64,000 nt of DNA from Antedon mediterranea (GCF_964355755.1 NC_092677.1:22493175-22557174), one strand, 5' to 3'. Counted from the stretch's first letter, positions 13,024 to 24,816 are shown. Made by a program: numbers and translations. The notes: generated by a model from the sequence alone, not told the origin.

Positions 13024-15465
13024 TTAATCATGAACCCCTACTGCCGATGTCGGCAAATGACATGGATTTCCATGTTTCCCTTTATTCAATCTACTTGATC
13101 GTCTCAACCCTTTATCCCTAACTTCAATATTCTTAACTTGATTTTCTATCTCCTTGTTCTCTACAGAAGTAATCATTTTGTCTATCTCTTCGTTTTCTAC
13201 AGAAGGAGTAAACACTAATTGTAACAAAGCATCACCCTCGTCATCTTCTTCTTCACTACCCTCACTATTCTCATCTGATACAAATATAGGAAGATGATCT
13301 TCCAAGACATCTGATTCCTGGCCACGTGGATCAAGGTGCAATTGACGTCGATTTACCCATTTGGAAATTCCACCCATTGCTGGTCTAACTTCATAAATAT
13401 CCTGTTCTTCATTCATGTCTATAATCACATGAGTTACTTCTTGAAATTTATCTGATAACTTATGACGTCCAGTAAACGCATTTCGTTTCAACAACACTCT
13501 ATTCCCAACCTCCAATTTGAAGTCTGTAGTGCGACCATTATGTTGTGCGGCTTCTCGGTTTGCTGCCTCTTTTTGTTCATCTTCCGTCTTAAAAACAGCT
13601 GCCTTCCCTGTTTGTTTGTTGGTCATCCCTGTAGTTACCGCGTGTAAAGGTACCGCGATTCTTGGAATCAACGATGGATTAATCCTTCTATATGGAAATC
13701 TAATTAGTGGTCCTTCTGTAACTTTGATTTGGTGAGAAATCACAGCACATCTACCAACGTCTATGATTCCCTTAGAGAAAACGTCTTCATTCTTTTGCAT
13801 ATCTGACAATTCTTCATGTGAAAATGACGGCAACACTGTTGGTACAACAGAATTTACTTCTATGGAACCACCTTCAACTTTTGTCATCAAACAGGATGCG
13901 ATTACGTTCAGGTCACTTTTTAACTCCGAGGAATTAACACAGGTATTACTTGGACAACGACTCAGTGCATCTGCACATTTGTTTTGAACATCACTCTCAT
14001 TCATCACTTTGCTCGACGCTAATAACATTTTATCCTCCTCTGACGCAAGTATGATTTTGTATTTCCGAACAGCTGGTACCACATCCTTACTGCTCTGTAT
14101 TGGCGAATTCACTAAATGTCTAAGAATATTGCAGCCGATTACAAGAGGATACTTGGTGTCCTTCTGTGTACAAGACTGATCTGATACTACTAGAAAACTT
14201 CCCATCAAGTTCTGACCATTCACTTCAATCGGTACCTCGATGTATCCTTTAATTGGGATTTCAATTCCGCCTACTCCAATAACATTTAGGAATATTCCAG
14301 ATGCGGGCTGTAATTCACCAAGATTCTTTTTTAGTTTATCGTGATACAGTGACGATGGTATAATGGATGCTTCTGCACCCGTGTCAAAAATGCAACCCAG
14401 CATGATGCCTCCGATTTCCACATCACCACAAGGACTTTTTGCGACCAGTCGATCTACCAACTCTGTATTTTCCATTGGTGTGGTTGACATCCGCTTTGTC
14501 CCCGGTCCTTTAGCTTCCTTCTCTTTAGGTTTCTCCGGACAGTTTCTACTGTAATGCCCTCTTCCTTTACAATTAAAACACAATGTCTCCTCTGTACAGT
14601 CTGTCTTTGCATGTCCCTTTTTGCCACAATTGTAACACTTTAACTCTTTAGCTCGTTCCCTGTCAGCACTCTGAATATTTATCAAGCTCTGGACACTCTT
14701 CGTTAGCATCGCTACGTCATTTTTTAATGCAGCAATTTCTTCTTTTAGTGCTGGTTCTTCTACCCTTCTTGCTTCTACTGAATGTTCCATAGACACCTCA
14801 CAAACTCTGGCCTGATGCCTTGGCTCTTCATCCTTAAAAAATTCTAACACTTCCTCCCGCATTTCCAAAAATGTCTTATCTTTACACTGCATTTCTATTC
14901 TTCTTAGTTCTCTCCTAACCCAACCTTCTTTGGCACCATGAACAAATCTTTCCTTCAATGTATAATCCCTCAGCCTCTTCAAAGCATCCTTATCTTCTTC
15001 TACTGCAGCTGCCTTTACCATCTTTGTATATAATCTCATTAGAACACGGCTAAAATCTGCTAGCGACTCAACATCTTTTTGGTTCCGGTTGTGGAATTCT
15101 CGAGTTAGAGAAGGTACTGTTTCTATTGGTCCGAACAAAGACTTTAACACTGTCACTATTTGGTCATAGTCTTCTCTCACGTTTCCTTCTCTGCAAAGAA
15201 TCTCTTCTTTCGCTGAACCTGCTAGATGATCCAATAATGACTGCGCTTTTGCTTTTCCTGTCAGGTTATAGTGGTTGGCATAACTCTGAAAGTCATCTAA
15301 CCATTCTTTTAGTGACAAATCTCCATCTGCTTTTATAGACCCTCTATACTTGGCTATTTTCACCGGAGGTGGAGCTTGCTGAACTCTTAACCCTTGTAGG
15401 ACATCAGTCAAAGCCTGCATCATCCCCTGCATGGACGCTTGATCTTCAGCTGGTTCTTCTGCCAT
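13024..15465 (-). CDS. gag: Gag (two CCHC knuckles)-aspartic protease polyprotein with in-frame pol remnants and integrase C-terminal GPY/F-like tail, 813 aa
   Basis: Uninterrupted ORF containing CYNCGKKGHAKTDC, CFNCKGRGHYSRNC, IFDTGAE..VIGCNIL, NKCADALSR, EDVFS..PYRRI and GNRVLLKRNAFTGRHKLSDKF. No RT YxDD, RNase H DAS or integrase DDE core. Confidence 0.9.
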   Translation of the reverse strand: MAEEPAEDQASMQGMMQALTDVLQGLRVQQAPPPVKIAKYRGSIKADGDLSLKEWLDDFQSYANHYNLTGKAKAQSLLDHLAGSAKEEILCREGNVREDYDQIVTVLKSLFGPIETVPSLTREFHNRNQKDVESLADFSRVLMRLYTKMVKAAAVEEDKDALKRLRDYTLKERFVHGAKEGWVRRELRRIEMQCKDKTFLEMREEVLEFFKDEEPRHQARVCEVSMEHSVEARRVEEPALKEEIAALKNDVAMLTKSVQSLINIQSADRERAKELKCYNCGKKGHAKTDCTEETLCFNCKGRGHYSRNCPEKPKEKEAKGPGTKRMSTTPMENTELVDRLVAKSPCGDVEIGGIMLGCIFDTGAEASIIPSSLYHDKLKKNLGELQPASGIFLNVIGVGGIEIPIKGYIEVPIEVNGQNLMGSFLVVSDQSCTQKDTKYPLVIGCNILRHLVNSPIQSSKDVVPAVRKYKIILASEEDKMLLASSKVMNESDVQNKCADALSRCPSNTCVNSSELKSDLNVIASCLMTKVEGGSIEVNSVVPTVLPSFSHEELSDMQKNEDVFSKGIIDVGRCAVISHQIKVTEGPLIRFPYRRINPSLIPRIAVPLHAVTTGMTNKQTGKAAVFKTEDEQKEAANREAAQHNGRTTDFKLEVGNRVLLKRNAFTGRHKLSDKFQEVTHVIIDMNEEQDIYEVRPAMGGISKWVNRRQLHLDPRGQESDVLEDHLPIFVSDENSEGSEEEDDEGDALLQLVFTPSVENEEIDKMITSVENKEIENQVKNIEVRDKGLRRSSRLNKGKHGNPCHLPTSAVGVHD

Positions 15466-16096
15466 AATTTCAGACTGAGCTCTTACAGTACAAATAAATT
15501 CTTATTACACAATATTATATACTACTGAGCTTATCTCTAACATGTACCTTAATGCACCAAAATCTTAAAAAACATCTATCGGGTAATGTATATAATTTTT
15601 GTTTTTACCCTTATTCTACCATAAATATTACACTTATACCATCAATCAATCAAAATAATTCCAATCAATCAACAAATAAAAATGTTTCATAAATATAGTG
15701 CTTAAAAGTCAAAATAGTTCTAGCTTCAACAATACAGTATTACTAGTCCAAATCTTGATAGGTGGCGTCCTTCACAATCAAAATATCTGCACAAAAGTAT
15801 ATCCACACGTAACTCGATCTCTTATTCCAAATTAGAATTAATACTATAGTTCAATCATAACTAGGTGGCGCACTTCACAATCGCCGAACTGTCATTAAAC
15901 AAAAACACTGCAACGGTAAAACACAACAATCCGTTTATATCACACGTACGCCACGTCGTAAAATCCTTCCTTTATAAATGAATCGCTGAACCGCTTCCTA
16001 GTTTACTTTCGGAAATGTCAATAATCGTAATCGGGATCTAGGCCTATGCTAGAAGTTTACAAATATGGTAATTGTACAGTACTTACAAACTGCTAC

Positions 16097-16114
16097 ATCC
16101 CATCCTCGTCGCCA
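16097..16114 (-). promoter_or_regulatory. Primer-binding site complementary to the 3' end of tRNA-Ser(GCU)
   Basis: Minus strand reads TGGCGACGAGGATGGGAT, 2 nt after the 5' LTR. This matches the metazoan tRNA-Ser(GCU) end ...AUCCCAUCCUCGUCG-CCA. Confidence 0.85.
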
Positions 16115-16116
16115 TT

Positions 16117-16625
16117 TGTCGTAATGTGGGGGGTGTGGGAGTTATCAATATGTATAGCCCCTCAGATCGTAAAGAATCCGAATAAAGTGAATACGATTAA
16201 GTATAAAATTTTGCAACAGTTTAATAAGTAGTACAAAACAGTATCAACAATTCTTTGTCTTGAACTAAAACAATTCCAATATCAGTAACACTTCAACCAT
16301 GGCAAGCTTCAACGATCTTGATCCGTTAATAACATTGAATACAAAATAACAAACTTTTCGTATAGTAATCTACTCTAAATCTATGAAATCCTTTACAATC
16401 CATGTAAGTTCAAACTACAGTAAACATCTTCACACTCGAATTCTATTTCCAACGTTGTATTATACCTCTTAAACATCAAATTATTAACTAACAAGTAATA
16501 TAAACATCATTACTCGGAAATGTCCATTCAACTCTATTCGTCGTGTTCATCTCTCCTCCCTCGTCCGTTCTCCTCATCCGCACAAAACATCTTAAATCCA
16601 CGGGGGCGCCCTTCACCTCCCGTCA
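16117..16625 (-). repeat. 5' LTR
   Basis: Direct repeat of 12286-12794, with two mismatches found by eye. Confidence 0.95.
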
Positions 16626-18124
16626 TAACAGCATGACTTTTGTCCAGTCACCCGGATGACCATCCTCTGTTTCTCGGACACGCAACACTTTCATTTCCTG
16701 TGACACCTGTTTCCAGTTTCCTGTTTCATAGAAGCGGTCCTAATCTTGTATGGGTGTGGATTTGTTCGTGTGCCATAGCTAGAATTAAAGACATTTGTGT
16801 CTGTGTAAACTCCCCTTTGACTGTACACGTTCAATTAAGCTATGCATAGCATCCCCTTCACTCTGGCCATGATTGGTTTCAAAGTAGTATGTTGTTTATT
16901 GATTGTATGTTTCTTGATTGTCTCAAATGTGAGAAGCATTGCTGCCATTATTGTGTTCTTATTTTGTCCAGGACAGCTGTCACAAAAAAATAGCAACCGA
17001 TTCTTTAGATTGAGAATCCAGAACTTCTAAATACTGACATAAGTATAATTTTATTTTCCCCTCTTTTTGTTATCCCCTCATGGGATAAAAAAAAACAATG
17101 ACCTTCTCTGTCTGACAACTGGTAAATTGTAAAGTTATAACACGCTAGTTGACGTTTATAGAAAATCTATTTGAACAAGGCAAGTATATGACCTGTTATA
17201 TGGCAGCTTGAGAACTGATATTGCCTCTTATTTCATCTCCGCCTTAATTTAGTGCACCTTTTCTTTTTCGGCATTATGTTTGTTGAATGATTCTTGAACT
17301 TGTTGTCGTTTTGTCGAGGATCCACTATGAAAAGTTTCACAAAGCCGACACACATACTTCTTAAGAGAATGAATTATTAAATTCATACATTTCAATACTA
17401 GTTAATATGTTGATAAAAAATATCAATATCTGGACTCGCTTTTTGTCCACATTTTGTGCAAACAACCACATTTTTAATCAAAATGTTCTATTCCTCAATC
17501 AACTCAATTCTAAACACAGCATTGCTGATTATTTTCTTTATTTCTAGTTGTTTAATTTTTAGGAATGTCCTAACAGTTTCATATGTCGTGTCAAAGAACT
17601 GACAGAAATTTTGAAATTTTGTTGGACTCTAAATATTCTATAATACATGAATTTACATCTGATTTTCATTTTGTGGTTTTCTGGTTGCTACTACTACTAG
17701 TAGCCTCATCTACCAGCTCTTCATCCACTGCAGGAACCTGTTCACCAGGAACCTGTTGTTGATCAATTCTATGCATGTTGCATCACTATGTGGAGAATTT
17801 CCTGTGCTTCTGTAAAAAAAGCAAAGCAAACCAAAAGTATTAATATGATATTCATATATAGTCACCACTTATTAAACTATGGGGGTCAGCATTGAAAAAT
17901 ATGTTTTGCCTGCATTGTAAATTTGGCAGTTACTCATAATGGTATGTCCAATAATTTCTTTTCACAGTAATGCATATATATAAAAGCAAAATGCAAAAAA
18001 AAAAGAAGCTAATATAATTATTGTATCTTAGAATTTATAGAACAATACACTGAATTGATTTACAATATTTACTTGTACAGATAGATTGAGAATTTTAAAA
18101 CAATTGTTTGACTAATTAAATACT

Positions 18125-18720
18125 GTATTCCAGGTCTTTCCTTTTACATTAGTCAAACTGCCTTAAAATGTCTTGACATGTTTCGAGAAACTATTCTCAT
18201 CATCAGAACAGAAAACAATGCCTAGAGTACTTATATACCAATACGACAGATTGTATGTAAATGAGGAAGTAATTTGCATGATACAACAACAAGGAACGTA
18301 GGCGACAAACAATCATATGGCAAGCGTGACGCCTAAGTGATAGATTTGTTTGTTCAAGGAAGGTTTACTCCACGTGATGTGGAGGGCTTCCTGCAGATGT
18401 TGAAAAATCTGAAAAGCCTTGTCCCTGAAATGTTCACGCACCCGCATTGATCACCGTCTATTGGTTTCACCAATACATGGAATTACATCCCATACATTTA
18501 AATTTATATGCAACACGAGAGCGGAACATATCATGGACAGGGTCCTTTAGACTAAAAAAGTTTGAAATTTTAAATGCTAATTTAATATTAACTCTTTTGC
18601 AATATTTACGTGTAATATTATCGATTCTTTGTTGTGCGCATTTGGCATTTTTAAGGCAGTTTGCCTATTTATCAAATACCTCACAATTGTTATTTTAACT
18701 CGAAAGTTCGGTGGAATCAT
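18125..18720 (-). mobile_element. Penelope-like fragment (GIY-YIG end plus hammerhead) in an intron of the MADF gene
   Basis: FSLKDPVHDMFRSRVAYKFKC.GCNSMY-GETNRR.SMRVREH motif, followed by a hammerhead core. Confidence 0.8.
18169..18212 (-). ncRNA. Minimal hammerhead ribozyme with canonical core
   Basis: Minus strand reads CUGAUGA-U-GAGAA(UAGU)UUCUC-GAAA-CAUG-UC. Stem III is the palindrome ACAUGU, the cleavage triplet is GUC, and stem I is weak. Confidence 0.7.
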
Positions 18721-19297
18721 TCATGGTATAATATGAGTTGTTAAATGTGTTTACTTATGACTAAGTTGTGCTTTGGTGAAGCTTCATAAAATAAATACAA
18801 ATAATTAAAATAATATTTAAAATGTATTTAAAAAATGCATGTCATTAAAATGAATCAATTTAGTATACATACCTCCTAGTGGTCAGGAATGCATTCAGGA
18901 ACTGCAGTTGATCCGCCCATTTGTACTTCCTGAATTTTCCAGTCAGGCCCTGTCCACTTCTGCTTTCTCTAAATAAAGAACATTTTAAATAATTAATATT
19001 CTATTCAAGAATCTGTAGTACTGTATCACACAGAATATTTAAAATTGTACCAGGGCCACAAGGGTGACTTGTCATTAGTTTTGAATGATTCAGCCATCTA
19101 GTTAAATACTATGAATATTAATATATAATTTAAATAAAATGAATCATATTCACTGCTAAATATAACAATAAAAGTAAGAAAAATTAAACAATATATGGAT
19201 CAAATGCAGAAAGTTTCTCTTTGTCTTATGTGGATTAATGAATAATATAAATGTGTACATTAATGTAAATTTTACACCAATCATAATTATATACCTA

Positions 19298-19763
19298 CCG
19301 TATTGTTCCTAATAAACGCCCCCGGGGCGTTGCATTTTTTTTTAAAGGGGGGGGGGGGGCGTTTGTTAGGGGTGAAATGTAAAAATCATAAATAGAGCCT
19401 ATGAGGCCTACCTACCCTAAACAAGTTGCTTCAGACGGTCAGTCAATGTTTTTTTGGGTGTGCAACACATAAGTTCAAACCCCCTGCTATGCTACTGTGC
19501 CTGCGTTTAGCTGTAATTTTTACTTTTAATTTGCCTTTATGTTTTTAAAAAAATTAAAAATCTTGGATTGTTCTTGTGGCAAATGGCCGACGATGCAGCG
19601 TTCTTCATTGTCCTTCACAACAGAAACAGCGTGTTTATCGTAGTTGTTGCCTGTGTCTTGGACAGTTAAAAGTACCTCTCCAATCTTTGGTACCCAAATG
19701 TCCTGATACATGTGGTATCGGCGCACAGCACTATCAACTTTATATTTGTATAATTCTTCAGAA
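19298..19763 (-). mobile_element. Tc1/mariner-pogo-type element end carrying a HIRAN-like domain fragment
   Basis: TA|CCGTATTGTTCCTAATAAACGCCC terminus. ORF 19526-19726 reads YHMYQDIWVPKIGEVL...NNYDKHAVSV...VGHLP. Confidence 0.6.
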
Positions 19764-20019
19764 CTAGATGGTACGCTCGCTTCGCTCGCGTACCATCTAG
19801 GTCGTGCCCACAGATGGTTCTCGAATACACAGTAATTTCAGCGTTAAAAAACTGGCGATTTCAAATGTACAATAATGCAGGACAATAATATATGTCGTTT
19901 ACAGGAACGATTAAATAGACACTGTGATTTATGTACTCAACTAAAATTAACACACTGGGAATTACTTCCGAAAGAGAAAGTTGTCACAAAATGAGACCAA
20001 TTGTTTAAGTCAAATTTAA
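19764..20019 (-). mobile_element. Non-autonomous Helitron 3' part (same family as 61209-62423)
   Basis: Near-identical to 61209-61464. It has the CTAG terminus with a perfect 13-bp stem, CTAGATGGTACGC/GCGTACCATCTAG. Confidence 0.85.
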
Positions 20020-20123
20020 AGCCCCATTCCCTACGTTTTTTAGATCTAATTTAAGATCACAAACTATATTTAATGTAAAAATAATACTATATGGTCATAT
20101 TGCGATAACTTTTTTCGTCTTTA
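20020..20123 (+). mobile_element. Left end of the Kolobok-type element, inserted at a TTAA inside the Helitron
   Basis: Near-identical to 44968-45072 and preceded by TTAA (20016-20019). Confidence 0.8.
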
Positions 20124-20869
20124 AGACAAAGTTTACCATTTGATGTCATGTTCTCTATATCCCGATCAATGATCGGCCAATATACTATCATACAGGCTCT
20201 GTCTTGAGCTCTTCGAACTCCAGGATGTGCATGATAAAGCTTGTTTAGCATAATTGGTTAAAGGGCTTCTGGAACAAATAGTCTGCATCCATATGCAGTA
20301 CAGTCAGTCACACAGAGCGTACGTGTTGTTTGGGAGCTCCCTAGGCCGTTGGTAGACCACTCTAAATACTTCAACGAGCCGAGTTTCCTTGGCTGTAAGA
20401 TGCCAGTGATAGGCGAACATCCTAGGCCTACACCTGTGATTATCTTGCCTGAACACTACCACACTAGTGATTATTTTATTTTCTACTATCATACTACATT
20501 AAACTATGCAAGAATGTTGAAGAGAGATTGTATTTGCCAGTCTACTGTTATACCAGTCTTCCCCAAATCACCGACAGATTAACATTTTTACTAATCTACA
20601 TTAATTTATTCTCATCAAAGACACTTTTGGAAATAAGTACCTGTATTAACATCTATACTAATTGCAAATATTGCAAAGTCCACACGCCTCATACCGGACA
20701 CGTAAACAACACCTGGCTTTACATTCTGCTACTTGTACTATAGCTGCTACAGATTGTATACGCACAGTTAATCATAGCCTGTACCCGTAAACAGCATATG
20801 ATCCACATTCCGCTGAATACTACTTCAACTGCAGTAAAGTTGTTTGCAACAAATTATCAATATGGTATA

Positions 20870-22455
20870 AAAGAAAAGTGAATTTGACGAACTGAAAGAG
20901 TCTCTAAATTATATAAGTGACCAACTAGATGAGATGAAAATAAATTATGAAAAGAATAAAAAATCAATAAAAAAAACTTTTAAATAAAGTGGTCTCACTT
21001 GAAGAGGATTCAAAGAAAAAGGATGAAAAAATTAAAATACTTGAAAATAAAATTGAAGACCTAGAACAATATAGTAGAAGAGAAAATGTGGTTATATCTG
21101 GTCTTAAAACGAAAAAAAACAAGTTATGCCGAAACAGTCGCAACGCAAGGTGATTTGGATACACCTGTTCCCTTGAGCCACAAGTTTTAGAATTCTTCAT
21201 AAATGAGATGCAAGTATATGTGAAAGCCAACGATCTTGACGCAGTTCATTTTATGTCAATGAAAAAACCTGTGGATCCGAGAGATATATTGATTAGGGTT
21301 ACATCAAGAAGGAAAAAGGACGAAGTTATGAAAAACAGGAAGAAATTAAAAGGCAGTCGCAAGTTTGTTAACGAGCATCTAACGAAGAAAAACGCCATGA
21401 TCTTCAAAAGAGCAAGAGTTTTGCGTGCAGAAAAAAAGAGCTACAAGAAACTGTCAAGTATGGTTAAGACTGGTCAAGAAGGAAGAATTTACATAATTAA
21501 TTTGTTAAATGATTTTCAGAAATATGGATTACTGTAAATGTTCTATAATCTTAAATTAAATTTCCGTGTAGTAAATGTAACAAAAATGTTGGTAAAAAAT
21601 CCATTCAGTGTGATATTTGTAAAATGTGGGTACACCCATGATGCACTAGCCTAACAAAATTAGAATTAGAAGAAATTATCAAATATAAAAAAATATGGTT
21701 TTGTAATGTATGCGTTAGTAATAATTTGCCCTTTGGTAGTCTAGAACAAGAAGAATTTGATTGTTTATTTGTTTTAGATATTGATACTAAGACTCCACGA
21801 TATTTATGAAAAATGTTCGAATCTGCACTTTCAATCGTTCTCACACCCCGACTTGACAAAGCATGAATATGACAAAGATATAAATCCAGATAAAAAGCAT
21901 GAATATGACAAAGATATAAATCCAGATAAAAACTTATACAATAAAATAAAAAGTGATTGCCAATATTACATGGACCAACAATTTGAATCATTGAATGTCA
22001 ATAGATCTATAAAACATGTTATCCTTAATTCATTTTAATTCTAGAAGCTTGTCTGCAAATTTTGATAAAATTAAACATTATTTAAATGAGTTAACAATAA
22101 GGTTTGATGTAATAGCAATATCTGAGACATGGACAAGTGATAGCAAAAATGGCTATGAATCATAATTTACATCGAGGGAAGACAAATCTGGGGGTGGGGG
22201 TGGCTTTGTTTATAAAAAGCTCATTCATTTAGAAAAAAAAAATTGCTGCGAATGTGTTTCTGTTGAAATTGTTAATGATAAAAAAAGAAATATAATCGTC
22301 AGTTGTATTTACTGAGCACCTGGTAGTGATTTGGAATTATTTAATGAAAAAATTTCGAACATTTTTCATGAAAAGAGAGATAAACAATTATACATATGTG
22401 GTGATTATAATATTGATCTTTTGAAATATGAAAGTAACAAGTATACAAGCCTTTT
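20870..22455 (+). pseudogene. CR1/L2-group LINE 5' portion: ORF1, PHD finger and APE endonuclease start, degraded
   Basis: DLEQYSRRENVVISGL and FVNEHLTKKN (ORF1); IQCDICKMWVH..WFCNVC (PHD); FNSRSLSANFDKI, FDVIAISETW and YICGDYNIDLLK (endonuclease). Contains a 36-bp tandem duplication at 21858-21929. Confidence 0.85.
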
Positions 22456-23440
22456 TGGTAGGTGTTGGACTAGATTCTTGACTGTTTACTGCTATTTGTT
22501 CAGCTAATTCACCTGTACTTGAAGGATTAACATGTGGGTAACGTGAAAGTGCGTCTGCTGCGTAATTTTCTTTGCCTTTAACCCACTGTGCAGTGAAGTT
22601 GTATAGAAATAGTAATTTCACGTTGAAGATTTCATCCAATCTATGAGTGTTGATGATCTGTGACTATTTGGAAGCGGTAGCATTTCTGTGCTGCCCACGC
22701 AATGGCTAACATTTCAAATTCTATCACAGCGTATCAGCTCTCGGCATCTTTCAGATATCGGGAACCAGTCTGTACCATTTTGCACTCATCAACTTCATGT
22801 TTTTGAGATAGAATATATCCAATTCTTATTCTTATTCTTATTCTTTTTATTGCCAAATATAAAATACATGAAAAACACGACATACAAAAAAAAACAAACA
22901 ACAGAACCAACTGAGTGAGCTGGCATGGGACACAAAAGCGAACCTAATCACTATGACTTAAAGCCTGTGTTCCCCACTCACCCAGTTTCACAAGCATGCA
23001 TCAGTGGTCAATCTTGTTGGCTTTGTTAATTCAAAAAATGCCATTGTGGGTGCTGTAGAAAGTCCATTCTTAACGTTATCAGAAGCTTGATCATGAATAT
23101 CATTCCACATGAATTCGTTCTTTTCAGATAGCAAGGGTCGCAGAGGAGTCATCAGCTCTGCGATCTTACTAGTCGAGGAGGCAAGTTGAATCAAAAGTCC
23201 ACTCAAATCTGATCTGGAACTGGGCTTGGGAAATTTACTGTTTGCTTCCATGGTTTTAGGACAAATTATCCATTACGTGATAAGGTGAAACCTGCAAAGT
23301 CTACATAATTGTACCATATCAGTTGACAGCGCAATATGGTGTTTTTGACATACTGTAGCTTGAGATATTCTGTAACCACTTCCTGCTGTTCTTGCCTAGT
23401 TTTACTCAAAATAACCACGTCGACAACAATGCGTTATGAA
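22455..23440 (-). pseudogene. pol: Gypsy pol fragments (RT connection and RNase H)
   Basis: IAELMTPLRPLLSEKNEFMW..APTMAFFELTKPTRLTTDA and YNFTAQWVKGKENYAADALSR motifs. Confidence 0.8.
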
Positions 23441-24745
23441 TGTGGTATAAATTTGGCTTTGTTTCTGTAATGGGATTTGTTGGTATTCCTTCAGCGCATT
23501 GATCACTATAAAGAATTGAGCATCAGATGCAGCGATATCGGCTACAGCTTCCTGCAGAGTGGTATGAGGATAGTACTTGCATTTTATGTTAATTCTCCTG
23601 CCTGAAACGGTTTCAGGTTACAAGGTATAAATAAATATGTAGTCGTTAATACGGTTGAGCAATGACGTATGACTGCACGCTGTATTGACTCGTATTGCTC
23701 CATTTTGGGTCTTCGAACGGCAGACCTTCGCAAAATGTCCACGCTTTTGTTACAAGTAGCATCGTCAGCAGGGCAGTCGTCCACATTGGTGAACCTTGCC
23801 ACAGTAGTGACATTTATCGTTGGCATTTGAAGATGGTTGTTGTTGTTGTCGTCAGTCTGACATTGGGCTTAAAAATTAAATAATTTTATCAAAATCTATT
23901 TTATTTTTTTATTTATGTTTATGTTCAATTTTACTATAGTTTTTGTGTCAGTATTATTTTATTATTATTAGTTTATTGTTAATTTTACAATCAAATTTAA
24001 TGACAAAAACAAGAAGATTGACGTTTCGGAACCATCATGGAACCATTTTTAAGATCAAGTGATCGAATTATACAAAAACAACAAACAATAATGGGTGACA
24101 CAAAATACTAATTTTCTTGAAGAAGTTCAATAAATTTCTAAGATGTTTAACAAATTAAGGTATCCTGTTGAACTAACTAGTAGGATAATTAAAGATTTTC
24201 CACTAGGCCTTATCCTGGAGGGGGACATCCGTTAATAATCCCATGTACACTACGAGAGAGGGCGAGAGGCCGGATAACTCTAATATCAGCTGCAATATTT
24301 TGGCGACTTGCAAAAATCCCATACAAGGCCAGGCTGCAGGATTCGAGGACTCATAAATCCCTCGATGAGGCTCTTGCGCAACAACATCGTGAATAATTTG
24401 AGCCCTTGCAAGTTTCCCAATCAAACTGAGGGAAGTTTGTGTATGCCCTACGTACTATTTGCATCTTAGTTGTACCGGAAGCCCAATTCAGAATTAAATC
24501 CCAAAAGTAAACAGTTTATTTGACCTCTCTAACTGTTCCCATCGTAAAACAATTAGATATTGACAGTTTTAAGCAAAGATTCGACAGGGCCAATTCATCA
24601 TTGTAACCTCCCCAGATAAGATCAATCACTCCCACTTAAACACCCCTGGATCAACTTAGGACCAATCAGTAACCTCTAAAATTACGTAATGACATATACA
24701 AATGAACCGAAGCCAATATACCCCCAAGTTTCAGAAGAGCCCAGA

Positions 24746-24816
24746 CACACCTTACAGCCACCTCACGGAGCACACACCTTACAGCCACCTCACGGAGCAC
24801 ACACCTTACAGCCACT
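24746..24816 (+). repeat. 27-bp tandem repeat (about 2.6 copies) within a probable LTR remnant ending ...acacaaca near 25009
   Basis: cacaccttacagccacctcacggagca repeated, with AATAAA and a CA end downstream. Confidence 0.65.

Larger units (their letters stand above)
12286..16625 (-). mobile_element. Structurally complete Gypsy-type LTR retrotransposon, non-autonomous (gag-protease only)
   Basis: Two 509-bp LTRs with TG..CA ends, a 4-bp TSD TAAC (12282-12285 / 16626-16629), a PBS, a purine tract and one long ORF. Confidence 0.95.
11960..17400 (-). pseudogene. Second Sola-like transposase relic, split by the LTR element
   Basis: Right part has DSCPGQNKNTIMAAML and ETNHGQSEGDAMHSLIER. Left part has the C-terminal LYNRGKLSADKYNNLLNLC. 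Confidence 0.65.
17430..18968 (-). pseudogene. Spliced MADF/BESS-type DNA-binding protein gene fragment (probable PIF/Harbinger accessory gene)
   Basis: Exon 18968-18873 (tttag|...|gtatgt) encodes SRSGQGLTGKFRKYKWADQLQFLNAFLTTR, a MADF C-terminus. A downstream segment reads FFDTTYETVRTFLKIKQLEIR (BESS-like). Confidence 0.6.

Noticed and set aside
16097-16114. tRNA-like sequence here and at 47273-47289
   Set aside because: Only 17-18 nt including CCA next to an LTR, so these are primer-binding sites and not tRNA genes.
24203-24660. Moderately GC-rich stretch with short ORFs
   Set aside because: I could not match any family motif in any frame, so it is left unannotated.
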